From positions 62,001-126,000 of the IMG/VR virus record IMGVR_UViG_3300023083_000001: 64,000 nucleotides of DNA. One strand, given 5' to 3'. A program made the translations under genes and the position numbers. Below are positions 55,896-64,000 of this stretch, one piece after another. Under the pieces are notes generated by a model that saw only the letters and a program-made list of their open reading frames with translations, ran no database searches and was not told the DNA's origin. Within the stretch, counting starts at the first letter, position 1. The number at the start of each line of letters is the position of its first letter.

Positions 55896-56540
55896 ATGAA
55901 CATCCGTCCAGCACTGAATGCAGCCATTGCAGGCCTGAGCCTGTACTCCGTATTCTCTGGCATCCGTGCCATGAGAAATGACTTTGAAGATTATCAGATT
56001 GCAAAAGAAGTAGAAGGGCGTGAAGCCATGCACCGGCTATTACACACTGAGGAGTCTGGTATTCTGTATCCAGACTACTTGGCACGTATCCAGCCTGCCG
56101 TGGCGTATCTGTCGAAGTTCCGTGATGAAGGTCGTCCAGACCGTCGTCAATCACGCAAGGTGTATCACAGCCAAATGGCTGGTTTGACTGACATACAGCT
56201 CGCTACTCTGTTTGCAGCAGGGTTGGCAGCTGAGCATTACGGTCTGGACTACTACGAGATCTTCAAGGAACAGAAACTGGTGTTCAAGTCGTACCAATGC
56301 CGGTATGTGTTACCTGAAGAGCTACACACCGATGCGTATGATCAATTCAAGATGTCGTTCTCGGTGGATGAGCTTATTGAAGTCGAACGTTACATTGGGA
56401 AGGTGTGTCACGACCATTCCAAGCGACCGATCTGTAAGTTCATCGTGAAACACAAAGCGCAAATCCTTGACGAACTGCGTTACCTGCATTCGGCAGCGGT
56501 TGAATCCGATCGCGCGCCTGAGGTGGCCGTCGTCGCTTAA
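55896..56540 (+). CDS. hypothetical protein with N-terminal hydrophobic helix
   Basis: 214 aa; AGGA SD. Confidence 0.7.
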   Translation: MNIRPALNAAIAGLSLYSVFSGIRAMRNDFEDYQIAKEVEGREAMHRLLHTEESGILYPDYLARIQPAVAYLSKFRDEGRPDRRQSRKVYHSQMAGLTDIQLATLFAAGLAAEHYGLDYYEIFKEQKLVFKSYQCRYVLPEELHTDAYDQFKMSFSVDELIEVERYIGKVCHDHSKRPICKFIVKHKAQILDELRYLHSAAVESDRAPEVAVVA

Positions 56541-56560
56541 ACCACTTAGGAGAGTTACCC

Positions 56561-56746
56561 ATGTTGGAACTGTTACAGACTGACGCTAGCAATAACACTC
56601 TCGCAGAGACAGAAGTACATCTGCGGGTCGGGAGGACACTGGCTAACGTATTGAAGCATCCAGTGACCGGCGTGCAAGTCCAAGAGTTCTTGTCAGAACT
56701 GCTAAGTGAGCATGCACTGACAGTGGTTAGATCTCCTAAGCCTTAA
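56561..56746 (+). CDS. hypothetical protein
   Basis: AGGAG SD; stop abuts a terminator. Confidence 0.6.
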   Translation: MLELLQTDASNNTLAETEVHLRVGRTLANVLKHPVTGVQVQEFLSELLSEHALTVVRSPKP

Positions 56747-56795
56747 CGGCATATGGTCCCTGGGATTTCCCAGGGACCATACACTTCTTTTTTTT
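56747..56795. terminator. bidirectional terminator
   Basis: TATGGTCCCTGGGA-tt-TCCCAGGGACCATA; T-run on the + strand. Confidence 0.7.
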
Positions 56796-56802
56796 GTTTC
56801 AG

Positions 56803-57462
56803 TTACGCAACCAATCGCAGCACGGTGTTGTACAGCGCAGCACGTTCAACAGCAGCGTCTGCGGTCTTACCTGCGCTACCTGTGTTCACGATGCTACTGA
56901 CGTTGTTGATGTCGCCTTTGTCAGCGTACGCAAAGCAACCACGTGTGGAGAAGAACCAAGCCGCCGACAGGGACGCGTAAGCAGGCTCTTCCAGCTTCTC
57001 TGGATTGGCTATAAGGTCTACACCAATCGCCTCACCACACTTACCGTAGTTGTACCTGCCGGTAGTTTGGATGTCGCCACGCCCACGGAACTTCCAACCA
57101 TCACCTGGTTCAGTGTTACCCAGATTCTTCGCACCCCATTCACCGCCGTAAATGCAGTTAGCGATCGCTTCCTTGTTGGCCTTCTGACCCGTTGCGTCAT
57201 TACGCCCGTACTTGCGAGCATCTGCTTCACTAATGCGGTGACGTCCAAACTTGGACAGCAGCACTTCGACCCGGTAGTTGAGGTTTTCAACACGGGACGT
57301 GAACTTACCGGACTCGTGAGCACATTGCGCCAGGTACGCAGAGATACGTTTTGGCGTATTGATCTGGAACTTGGCCATGGCGGCGTTGATTGCATCAACC
57401 AACTGGTCAGGTTTTGGTGCTGTTGGAAAGGCCTTTACCAATTGCTCTTTCGTGATACCCAT
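56803..57462 (-). CDS. glycoside hydrolase family 19 endolysin
   Basis: YLAQCAHESG, ENLNY, GDGWKFRGRG.IQTTGRYNY, SAAWFF. Confidence 0.9.
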   Translation of the reverse strand: MGITKEQLVKAFPTAPKPDQLVDAINAAMAKFQINTPKRISAYLAQCAHESGKFTSRVENLNYRVEVLLSKFGRHRISEADARKYGRNDATGQKANKEAIANCIYGGEWGAKNLGNTEPGDGWKFRGRGDIQTTGRYNYGKCGEAIGVDLIANPEKLEEPAYASLSAAWFFSTRGCFAYADKGDINNVSSIVNTGSAGKTADAAVERAALYNTVLRLVA

Positions 57463-57476
57463 GATGCAACTCCAGA

Positions 57477-58097
57477 TCAGACGGTTCTGAGGACGTTCAA
57501 CGCTACCCGCACAGGATCGAATGCGGTGAGGGGAAGATTGTCTTCGTCGATGTGTTTTGAAACATTGTTACGAGTGTAGTCAATCCCCAGGTTCATTGAA
57601 GAACGAACCAAGGGTTGACCATTGACAGCGTTGTACGTCGCGGTCAGCTCTACTGCGTCCAAACCGGCAAAACTACCCATCGTCTGTACGAAGGTCTTGG
57701 CTTGGTTGTCGATCAGGTCTTTCTCAGCTTGGGTGAGTTTGATTCCACCCGAAGCGTACCAGGTCAAGTAACTGCCAATTGCCCAATACTCAGCCACGAT
57801 AGGATCGAGCACAGAGCCGCGTGAGAGCGTATCGAACCAAACAGTACCGTCTGGTGCCTTAACTACCGTACCCGCCGCATACTGCGCGGCAGTGACTGGC
57901 TTGACCTTGTATTGCATGACCTGGTATTCCAACACACCCACGGCGGCTGAAGGACCTTGGCAAACAGTACGAACTGCATGGATGCGTCCGAACTTGTATT
58001 CGCCCGTAGAACGTAACACGAACAGTCCACGATCCAAACCGGTGTACGGATTAGTGGACTGCACGTTGGTAGGGACTTCTGGTACTGGCTGTGTCAT
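57477..58097 (-). CDS. putative virion structural protein
   Basis: Last tail-cluster gene; ATG at 58097 after GGAG. Confidence 0.6.
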   Translation of the reverse strand: MTQPVPEVPTNVQSTNPYTGLDRGLFVLRSTGEYKFGRIHAVRTVCQGPSAAVGVLEYQVMQYKVKPVTAAQYAAGTVVKAPDGTVWFDTLSRGSVLDPIVAEYWAIGSYLTWYASGGIKLTQAEKDLIDNQAKTFVQTMGSFAGLDAVELTATYNAVNGQPLVRSSMNLGIDYTRNNVSKHIDEDNLPLTAFDPVRVALNVLRTV

Positions 58098-58114
58098 CGT
58101 AGACTCCGGTATTA

Positions 58115-58849
58115 CTAGGGATTCCAAGCAGTCGTCAGTTTCACTGGTGCGGTGTAAGTCCCACCGGTAAGAGGGATAGCCGAACCAACAGGTTGACCGC
58201 TCAGGCGGAACGAGTCAACTCGTACCACACTTGAGATCAGTTTACTAACGATACCGGAGGCATTGGTAGTGCATCGTCCGATGAACATGACCGACACTGA
58301 CTCAGGAGGAGAATCCGACCGAGCTTCGTAATTGATCAATCCGAACTGCGTCCGCACATAAACGTTGAACGTCTTGTTTGCAGGCGCAGTATCAAGGGTA
58401 CGTAAGTCGATCGCTTGAGCTGGCAGATTATACACCGTACCAGACAACGCACATTGAATCGCAACGTTGCACGAAAGAATCCAACCGGACGCCGACCAAG
58501 CTGCATCAATCTGAGCATCGGTCAACTCATCCAACACACCGTAGTGCGAGATAGGTAGAACGGCGTTGGGTACTTTGTTATCCAACTTAGCCCTGACTTG
58601 CGTCTCAGTATAGGAACCATGAGTGTTCATGGTCTCTTGGTGCGGGTTGTCCTTACGTGCGATGTGGGCTGCTAGATCATCACGGGCTGGTTTGAGCAAC
58701 CCGGTCCAATCATAAGTGCCGATCAAACTTGCGTCATCAGACTCATCAGGTGGTGTCCGATGTTTCTTCAGAAGTCTGATGACCTCTGCGTGATACGCTG
58801 CAAAGGTTTTAGTCACCAACCTGTATTTAGCTGTAACAGGACCTGCCAT
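58115..58849 (-). CDS. tail/baseplate protein, gp131-like family paralog
   Basis: H....NPH motif; C-terminal G...T..S.I...R.....GSAIP domain. Confidence 0.65.
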   Translation of the reverse strand: MAGPVTAKYRLVTKTFAAYHAEVIRLLKKHRTPPDESDDASLIGTYDWTGLLKPARDDLAAHIARKDNPHQETMNTHGSYTETQVRAKLDNKVPNAVLPISHYGVLDELTDAQIDAAWSASGWILSCNVAIQCALSGTVYNLPAQAIDLRTLDTAPANKTFNVYVRTQFGLINYEARSDSPPESVSVMFIGRCTTNASGIVSKLISSVVRVDSFRLSGQPVGSAIPLTGGTYTAPVKLTTAWNP

Positions 58850-58859
58850 GTTAATCTCC

Positions 58860-59561
58860 TTAGCCGATCCAGTTGGTGTTGATAGAACCTGGAGCAGCTT
58901 GCGAGCCAGTGGACATTGGAATGCCGCGCCCGCGCGGTGTGCTTGTCAATCGACCAGTCCCCAAGAATACGCCTGGAATCATCGTCACTGACCATACCCC
59001 ACTTGCTACCGTGATAATGCCAGCCAGGAATTTAGTGGCGGTCTCACTGTCGTCAGCTTCAACGGTTAATGATACCACCCGCCCAGGTTGAGCGCCTGCA
59101 ACGTTGAGTTTCAAATACAACGTTGCAGTGCCCGTCAAAGCCAACACCGCTCTAGGTACCACCAGATCCCGACCCCGGTAAATCATCGAGGACGCGTTGA
59201 CCGTCAACGTCGTACCGCTAATCGCCCCGATGAACGAGGGGATTTTGCTGATGGTCAATGCATCCTTCTTGAAGTACGCCCCAGCTTGCTGCTCGTACGC
59301 AGTGGCAGATATACCGCCAAGCTGCGCAAGAGTTTCTGTGTGGGGATTGTTACGGTTATCCTCGTGGGTCTTGACTTCACCCGCAATGATGGCGATGAGG
59401 TCGGCCAATGAATAGCCATTAATCTCCAGCGAGTTAAGAACGTGCGCCACGTTTTTGAACTGGAGTGCAAGCACTCGTTTTATCTCATCCACGTACTTGT
59501 CGAACTGGGTAGCAAGATTACTCTCCAGTTCTTCTTCGGTAGGACCTGTCGGATCAGCCAT
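58860..59561 (-). CDS. tail/baseplate protein, gp131-like family paralog
   Basis: HEDNRNNPH; RG.GIP...W terminus. Confidence 0.65.
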   Translation of the reverse strand: MADPTGPTEEELESNLATQFDKYVDEIKRVLALQFKNVAHVLNSLEINGYSLADLIAIIAGEVKTHEDNRNNPHTETLAQLGGISATAYEQQAGAYFKKDALTISKIPSFIGAISGTTLTVNASSMIYRGRDLVVPRAVLALTGTATLYLKLNVAGAQPGRVVSLTVEADDSETATKFLAGIITVASGVWSVTMIPGVFLGTGRLTSTPRGRGIPMSTGSQAAPGSINTNWIG

Positions 59562-59564
59562 AAC

Positions 59565-62510
59565 TTATTTCCAGTTGAGTTTACCAGACGTGTTTGGAGT
59601 ACCCGAAGTCAGCGGGATGCCCGAGCCTTGTGAGTTACGTGCCAATACCGCGTCACCGATAGCTACTCGTTTCTCAGCAACAATCTGCTGGATACCTTCG
59701 GTAGTCGTGGTAACGTAGCCGATATACAACGAACTATCGGCAGTTGGAGCAACAGTACTACTCGCCACAACCTGATACGAAATCACATCACCACGTCGAA
59801 CTAGCCAAATGTAGAAGGTTTTGTTCGCATCAGTCCCAGGTGTCAGATTGTAGGTCAGTGTGTCCACTTGGACATATAGACCGTTCATCATTGCAGGAGT
59901 GACGTCCGAGAAATAAATCGTCCAGGCACTCACGATTTTCTGTGAGACAATGACGATCGATTTTGCCGGATCAGCCAGTGCGGCGTAGAGGTCGGTGTTA
60001 GGATCCCCGGTGATCGGTTGGGTCGTGCAGGCTAACGTCCCGATCAACTTGGTCCCGGCATCGATCTGGTAACGCAGGAACTCAGAACACAAGACCAGGT
60101 ACATGCCACGGTTCGGGAAGTTCAACCAACCTGCCGGCGCAGCGACGTAGTAGTTCCAGAGAGGACTTCCCACGAAGTTGAATTTACCGGTCGATGCCAC
60201 GTATGTCGCAGCTGCAATCACAGCTTCAGCATCACCAAAGATACTGTAAACCAGACTCGGTGATAACCCCAACGCAAACCCACCCGCCACTCGACGAATG
60301 GCGCTTTGACCCACTTGGATCGTACCGATAATGGCAAGACCATTATTCCCAGCGGTAGGTATGGCAACAGCGCCGAACGATCCAGAAACGATCGAAGCGG
60401 CCGTCACGTTTTGTCGAGATCCACTGATGTTGAGCGCGTAGAGGGCCAACCATGCTGACCGGTCGTTGCGGATGAAAGATACAGTCGCAAATGCAGGCAT
60501 GTCACTATACAGCTGCGGCACGCTTACTTCGATTTCAAGATTGGACAGCGAGGCGTAAAGTGCATAACCCTTACTAGCCAGGTCGTTAACAATCTGCGTG
60601 CGCAAGGTATTGATCAGCGCCGCAGGGAAAGTCACAGTACCAGTCGGGGTGATGTTCGCATCGATTTTCTGACTGCGAGTAGTCGGTAAGGCCGATGCGA
60701 ACCGCGCGAGGCTAGACCAACCGCCCGATGCCGGATCACCTTCGTTCAATCCCGCGTAGATTAAATCGTTGTTCTGCCCCAGGTCCATGAAGAATTTGCG
60801 GTCTACCGTTGGGTTGAAACCTTTGAACCCGAATGCCCCACTGATGGAGTCATATTGGTAAGTCCCGTTACCTTCCAATGCCGCCCGTACTGCGAACCCA
60901 CTGAACTCACCCAGACGGGTGTTATCGTTCTTCACCGTAACGACGTTATCGCCGATGTTACCTGCGCAGGAGAACGACTGAGACAACGCACTACCGAATC
61001 GACCAGCGAAACCATTACGCAACACCTCGGCAGGACGCACATCACCATTCATGACTGAACGATAATTGGTGTTGGCTGGATACTTGTACCGTGTCAGGAA
61101 TCGTTGGGTGTAATAAGTGGTTGTGTCAAACGTCCACATCTGGTTGAACTTGGTGCTGTATAGCGCGATGTTAGCTTGCCCACCAATCGATCCGTACCAA
61201 TTCTTGTAGTAGCCACTGTTCCCGAGGTTCTGACCATCAGTGTCTAAATGCAAGGCCTGGCCACGAGACCAGTAGAAATCAACACTGTCGTACCGCACCG
61301 CCACTTTAGAGTTGTGGTAGATCGCGACGTCGATTACTTTGGAATCGGTGATCTCAAAGTTGAAGGCTGCGTAAAAACCAATTTGCTGAGACGCCTTGTC
61401 TGTCGGGTCGAGCGTTAACCAGGGCAAAAACGTGACGTATACGTTACCAGCGTCGTTGACGTGTACTGTCAGCGCTCCGGTACCGTTTGACAGACCTTGG
61501 ACAACTTCAAACGCATTACCGCTGCGGTTAAGCATATCCCGGACGTTGTCGAACAGTTGAATGTCGTCACGAGCTACGACGCCGGCAGAGCCGCGGTTGA
61601 TCGACCAGCCAACAACCCGCTCGGGGGCCACATACACACCCGAGATAAAGTTAGCCAATGGAACACGATAAACACGAAACGCCAATGCAGGTGCTGCAAC
61701 AGTGAGCGTATTGATCAGGATGTAGACGTACCCATTCTTGATGTAAGCCGTGGGAACGTTAGCCGTGGCGGTGCCTTCAATGAAGGTGTTGAAAATGCCG
61801 TTCTCTGGGATGATGATCCCAGTGTGTTTGGTCTGATCGAAGGTGTTGTTCGTCAGCGACATGAAGTAGCCGTTGAACTTACCGTCCGACTTGTTTACCA
61901 ACCGCCCAATGATAATTTGCTGGGTGGCGTTGAGAATGCAGAAACCTTGTCGATCCGAGGGGAAAAACGCAGGTTGGTACTTGGTGTTCGTGGTTACAAT
62001 GTGGCTGGTAAAGTCTAGTTGGTTACCCGCATCGCGCATGTAAGAATAGTACAAACCTGCACTGTCGCCGTCGGTACCCGAACGCAACATCACCAACGTA
62101 CCGTTGTCTTCCAACATCACCGCAACGTTACCGTAAGGAGACGCCGAGCTACCTGATTCAAACGAACCAGTGATGCCAGGCGGCAGATACTCACGGTCAC
62201 CGTAGAACGAAAACGGCACGCCGCTGTTGTTATCCAGCAGTTGATCCAGTCTGCTGTCGAACTCAGGACCTGTATAGGTCCCGATAGAAGCCAGGCTCGC
62301 TTGGTGGATGTTCTGCGCTAACTTCGACGTGTGTTTAGTGACTTCGCCACGCAGGATAGCGATGACTTGAGCTGGAGTTTGACCTTCTAGCTTATCGGAC
62401 ACGTCGGCATGTTCGGCATTACCACCTGTCTTCGACAAGGCCTTTTCAAACTCGACCTTGAAGTCAGTCATTTTCTGCTTAATGTTAGCAATGGTACTTG
62501 ATACCGACAT
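59565..62510 (-). CDS. large tail/baseplate fibre protein (phiKZ gp131-like)
   Basis: 981 aa; P...YG.R.YLPP...GSFE, E..G..V.LR.GTDG motifs; GSGIP..G.P..W terminus. Confidence 0.7.
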   Translation of the reverse strand: MSVSSTIANIKQKMTDFKVEFEKALSKTGGNAEHADVSDKLEGQTPAQVIAILRGEVTKHTSKLAQNIHQASLASIGTYTGPEFDSRLDQLLDNNSGVPFSFYGDREYLPPGITGSFESGSSASPYGNVAVMLEDNGTLVMLRSGTDGDSAGLYYSYMRDAGNQLDFTSHIVTTNTKYQPAFFPSDRQGFCILNATQQIIIGRLVNKSDGKFNGYFMSLTNNTFDQTKHTGIIIPENGIFNTFIEGTATANVPTAYIKNGYVYILINTLTVAAPALAFRVYRVPLANFISGVYVAPERVVGWSINRGSAGVVARDDIQLFDNVRDMLNRSGNAFEVVQGLSNGTGALTVHVNDAGNVYVTFLPWLTLDPTDKASQQIGFYAAFNFEITDSKVIDVAIYHNSKVAVRYDSVDFYWSRGQALHLDTDGQNLGNSGYYKNWYGSIGGQANIALYSTKFNQMWTFDTTTYYTQRFLTRYKYPANTNYRSVMNGDVRPAEVLRNGFAGRFGSALSQSFSCAGNIGDNVVTVKNDNTRLGEFSGFAVRAALEGNGTYQYDSISGAFGFKGFNPTVDRKFFMDLGQNNDLIYAGLNEGDPASGGWSSLARFASALPTTRSQKIDANITPTGTVTFPAALINTLRTQIVNDLASKGYALYASLSNLEIEVSVPQLYSDMPAFATVSFIRNDRSAWLALYALNISGSRQNVTAASIVSGSFGAVAIPTAGNNGLAIIGTIQVGQSAIRRVAGGFALGLSPSLVYSIFGDAEAVIAAATYVASTGKFNFVGSPLWNYYVAAPAGWLNFPNRGMYLVLCSEFLRYQIDAGTKLIGTLACTTQPITGDPNTDLYAALADPAKSIVIVSQKIVSAWTIYFSDVTPAMMNGLYVQVDTLTYNLTPGTDANKTFYIWLVRRGDVISYQVVASSTVAPTADSSLYIGYVTTTTEGIQQIVAEKRVAIGDAVLARNSQGSGIPLTSGTPNTSGKLNWK

Positions 62511-62533
62511 TGCTCAAACTCCCGCTAAATCAA

Positions 62534-63178
62534 TTATTGAATTGCTGCCAGTTCTACTGCACCTGCTGCGAAACAATCGGCCAGGGATGTGCAGAACGAA
62601 TCCATGGCAACAAAGCGCTTGTTGATCTGTTCCAACAGTAACGCTCTGGAAGCGGCGTCACCTTCACGGATAGCCGCGGCTACGTCGGCGTTGGATTCGA
62701 CAACATACTTCATACCGTACAGATCGTAAGCATCATGCAAGTGAGGCGATGGAACGAACTGGGAAGGAACCCCAATCAGATCACCCCAAGCGACTGGACG
62801 TTCGTCATTCTGCAAAGCTTCAAGCGCTTGGATGATGGCGTACTTGGAATACGAGAACTCACCACCGACCATCTGCGCACTGAAGAGCAGCGTTGTGCTG
62901 ACGTCCAGGTTGCTGACTTGCACAGCGGTGTAAACAGCTTGACCTGTACGATCAGCCGCTTCCTTGTAATAGTGAACCAGTTTGTAGTCATCGATCGGTT
63001 TGAGAGTCTTACCGCTGACAACATCAACCAGTACAACACTACCACCAAAGAACGGACCGTAGTTGGCGCAGAAGATTCGGCCCTTACGAGTTCCGATCGT
63101 GTGTGCTTCGTTAATGACCTTGTTAGCCGCGCTGGTACCCAACAGGTCCAGCGGATACTTGAAAATTGTGTCTGCCAT
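62534..63178 (-). CDS. virion structural protein (phiKZ gp130-like)
   Basis: YPLD..G....N.V..E.H, GPFF, W..L.G.P..F.P..H.H motifs. Confidence 0.65.
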   Translation of the reverse strand: MADTIFKYPLDLLGTSAANKVINEAHTIGTRKGRIFCANYGPFFGGSVVLVDVVSGKTLKPIDDYKLVHYYKEAADRTGQAVYTAVQVSNLDVSTTLLFSAQMVGGEFSYSKYAIIQALEALQNDERPVAWGDLIGVPSQFVPSPHLHDAYDLYGMKYVVESNADVAAAIREGDAASRALLLEQINKRFVAMDSFCTSLADCFAAGAVELAAIQ

Positions 63179-63217
63179 TACAGATATCCCAAATTGGTGA
63201 ACTTGGCGTTCAGAAGA

Positions 63218-63934
63218 TTACGACACCCAGCCCGAAGGGAGTGTGTTAGCTGATGTCGGGTTGTTACCCACAGCCGGAATAGCTGAGCCTTTGGGAGTCA
63301 CCGAAATTCGGTAGTTATCCAGACGGCTAACCTTGCTGATATTCACAGCAGTAATAGCGCTAGCGCCCGTGACGACAGTACCCAAGAACATCCGTGAACT
63401 GGTCTCAACCAATTCAGTGGCCGAAACCAGATACGTGGCAACTGTACCGTTCCACTTCAAGTAGACGAAGAACGTCTTGTTGGAAGCAGGGGAGGAGATA
63501 GTTGCCAGATCAATATCAATGATCGGGGCCGTACGCACATACCCCGCCATGGCCACGGGAATCACACCCGTGAACTTGAGGACGAACGCCGCAGATGAGA
63601 TCGGCAATGCAGCTGTAGTGAAATCCCCGTATCGATAGAACGGCAATACACCTTCAGGGATACGTCGAACCAACGCGTCCACAACAGCCTCGCGTTCTAT
63701 GCTGCCAACATCAGCAGCAGTCGTCCCATGCGCGTTTACCTGGGCAATGTGAGCTGTTGTGGTATCGGTAGCAGCCTTAACCAAAGTCGTGGCTGTAACG
63801 GTGCCTATCAAGGATGCGTTCGCAGACGCTAGGGCTGTCGCAGGCTTCTTCTGCACAGCAGCGAGGAGTGTGGTCCTCAATCGGTTGAACTTACTTTCCA
63901 TCTGCGCGATGAGTTGATCAAACGCTGCACTCAT
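63218..63934 (-). CDS. tail/baseplate protein, gp131-like family paralog
   Basis: HIAQVNAHG; C-terminal KGSAIP...W domain. Confidence 0.65.
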   Translation of the reverse strand: MSAAFDQLIAQMESKFNRLRTTLLAAVQKKPATALASANASLIGTVTATTLVKAATDTTTAHIAQVNAHGTTAADVGSIEREAVVDALVRRIPEGVLPFYRYGDFTTAALPISSAAFVLKFTGVIPVAMAGYVRTAPIIDIDLATISSPASNKTFFVYLKWNGTVATYLVSATELVETSSRMFLGTVVTGASAITAVNISKVSRLDNYRISVTPKGSAIPAVGNNPTSANTLPSGWVS

Positions 63935-63949
63935 GTGAAATACTCCTGA

Positions 63950-64000
63950 TCAACTTTTCCAGCTGGCGTCTAATGCCGCCGGTGCTGTAGGTAGACCAGT
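63950..64000 (-). CDS. 3' end of a further family paralog (partial)
   Basis: Reads TGLPTAPAALDASWKS-stop, matching the family C-terminus; runs off the window edge. Confidence 0.5.
   Translation of the reverse strand, partial: TGLPTAPAALDASWKS

Noticed and set aside
1-64000. CRISPR array, tRNA genes, introns/inteins, IS elements
   Set aside because: No regularly spaced repeats, cloverleaves, intein motifs in helicase/RNAP or transposase motifs seen by eye.

Overview
The window is a 64-kb segment of a phiKZ-like, nucleus-forming-type jumbo myophage genome (Chimalliviridae-like), probably infecting a Gram-negative host. I cannot name the isolate. The core synteny is recognisable: DnaB-like helicase, gp119-like protein, major capsid protein, gp122-like protein, non-virion RNAP beta subunit, RuvC, baseplate/tail genes, portal, and a gp130/gp131-like tail cluster. 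Also present are a spanin pair, a GH19 endolysin, two inner-head proteins, a SNF2 helicase and a ~17-kb array of paralogous tail adaptor and lectin-like genes. Small putative early genes lie in + strand islets behind a repeated TACA-N3-4-TACATT motif. Three signals go beyond the gene list. (1) Thirteen putative early-gene ribosome-binding sites sit in a co-varying 4-bp hairpin with a G(A/U)GGA loop. A ~285-nt structured non-coding unit (10771-11056) carries three CCUCCU anti-Shine-Dalgarno motifs, one in an 11-nt stretch complementary to that hairpin; this is a candidate phage sRNA-based translational switch. (2) Apparent head-packaged enzyme polyproteins (SNF2 plus an ADP-ribosyltransferase-like domain; alpha/beta-hydrolase plus GNAT) are punctuated by the same VSTES motif found in the capsid propeptide. 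(3) Tail adaptors carry 4, 3 and 1 copies of a 17-aa repeat that resembles the N-terminal strand of seven lectin-like paralogs, suggesting a branched docking system for receptor-binding proteins. Family calls come from motifs and synteny read by eye; no database search was run. Several start codons were moved from the ORF track to the RBS-supported ATG.
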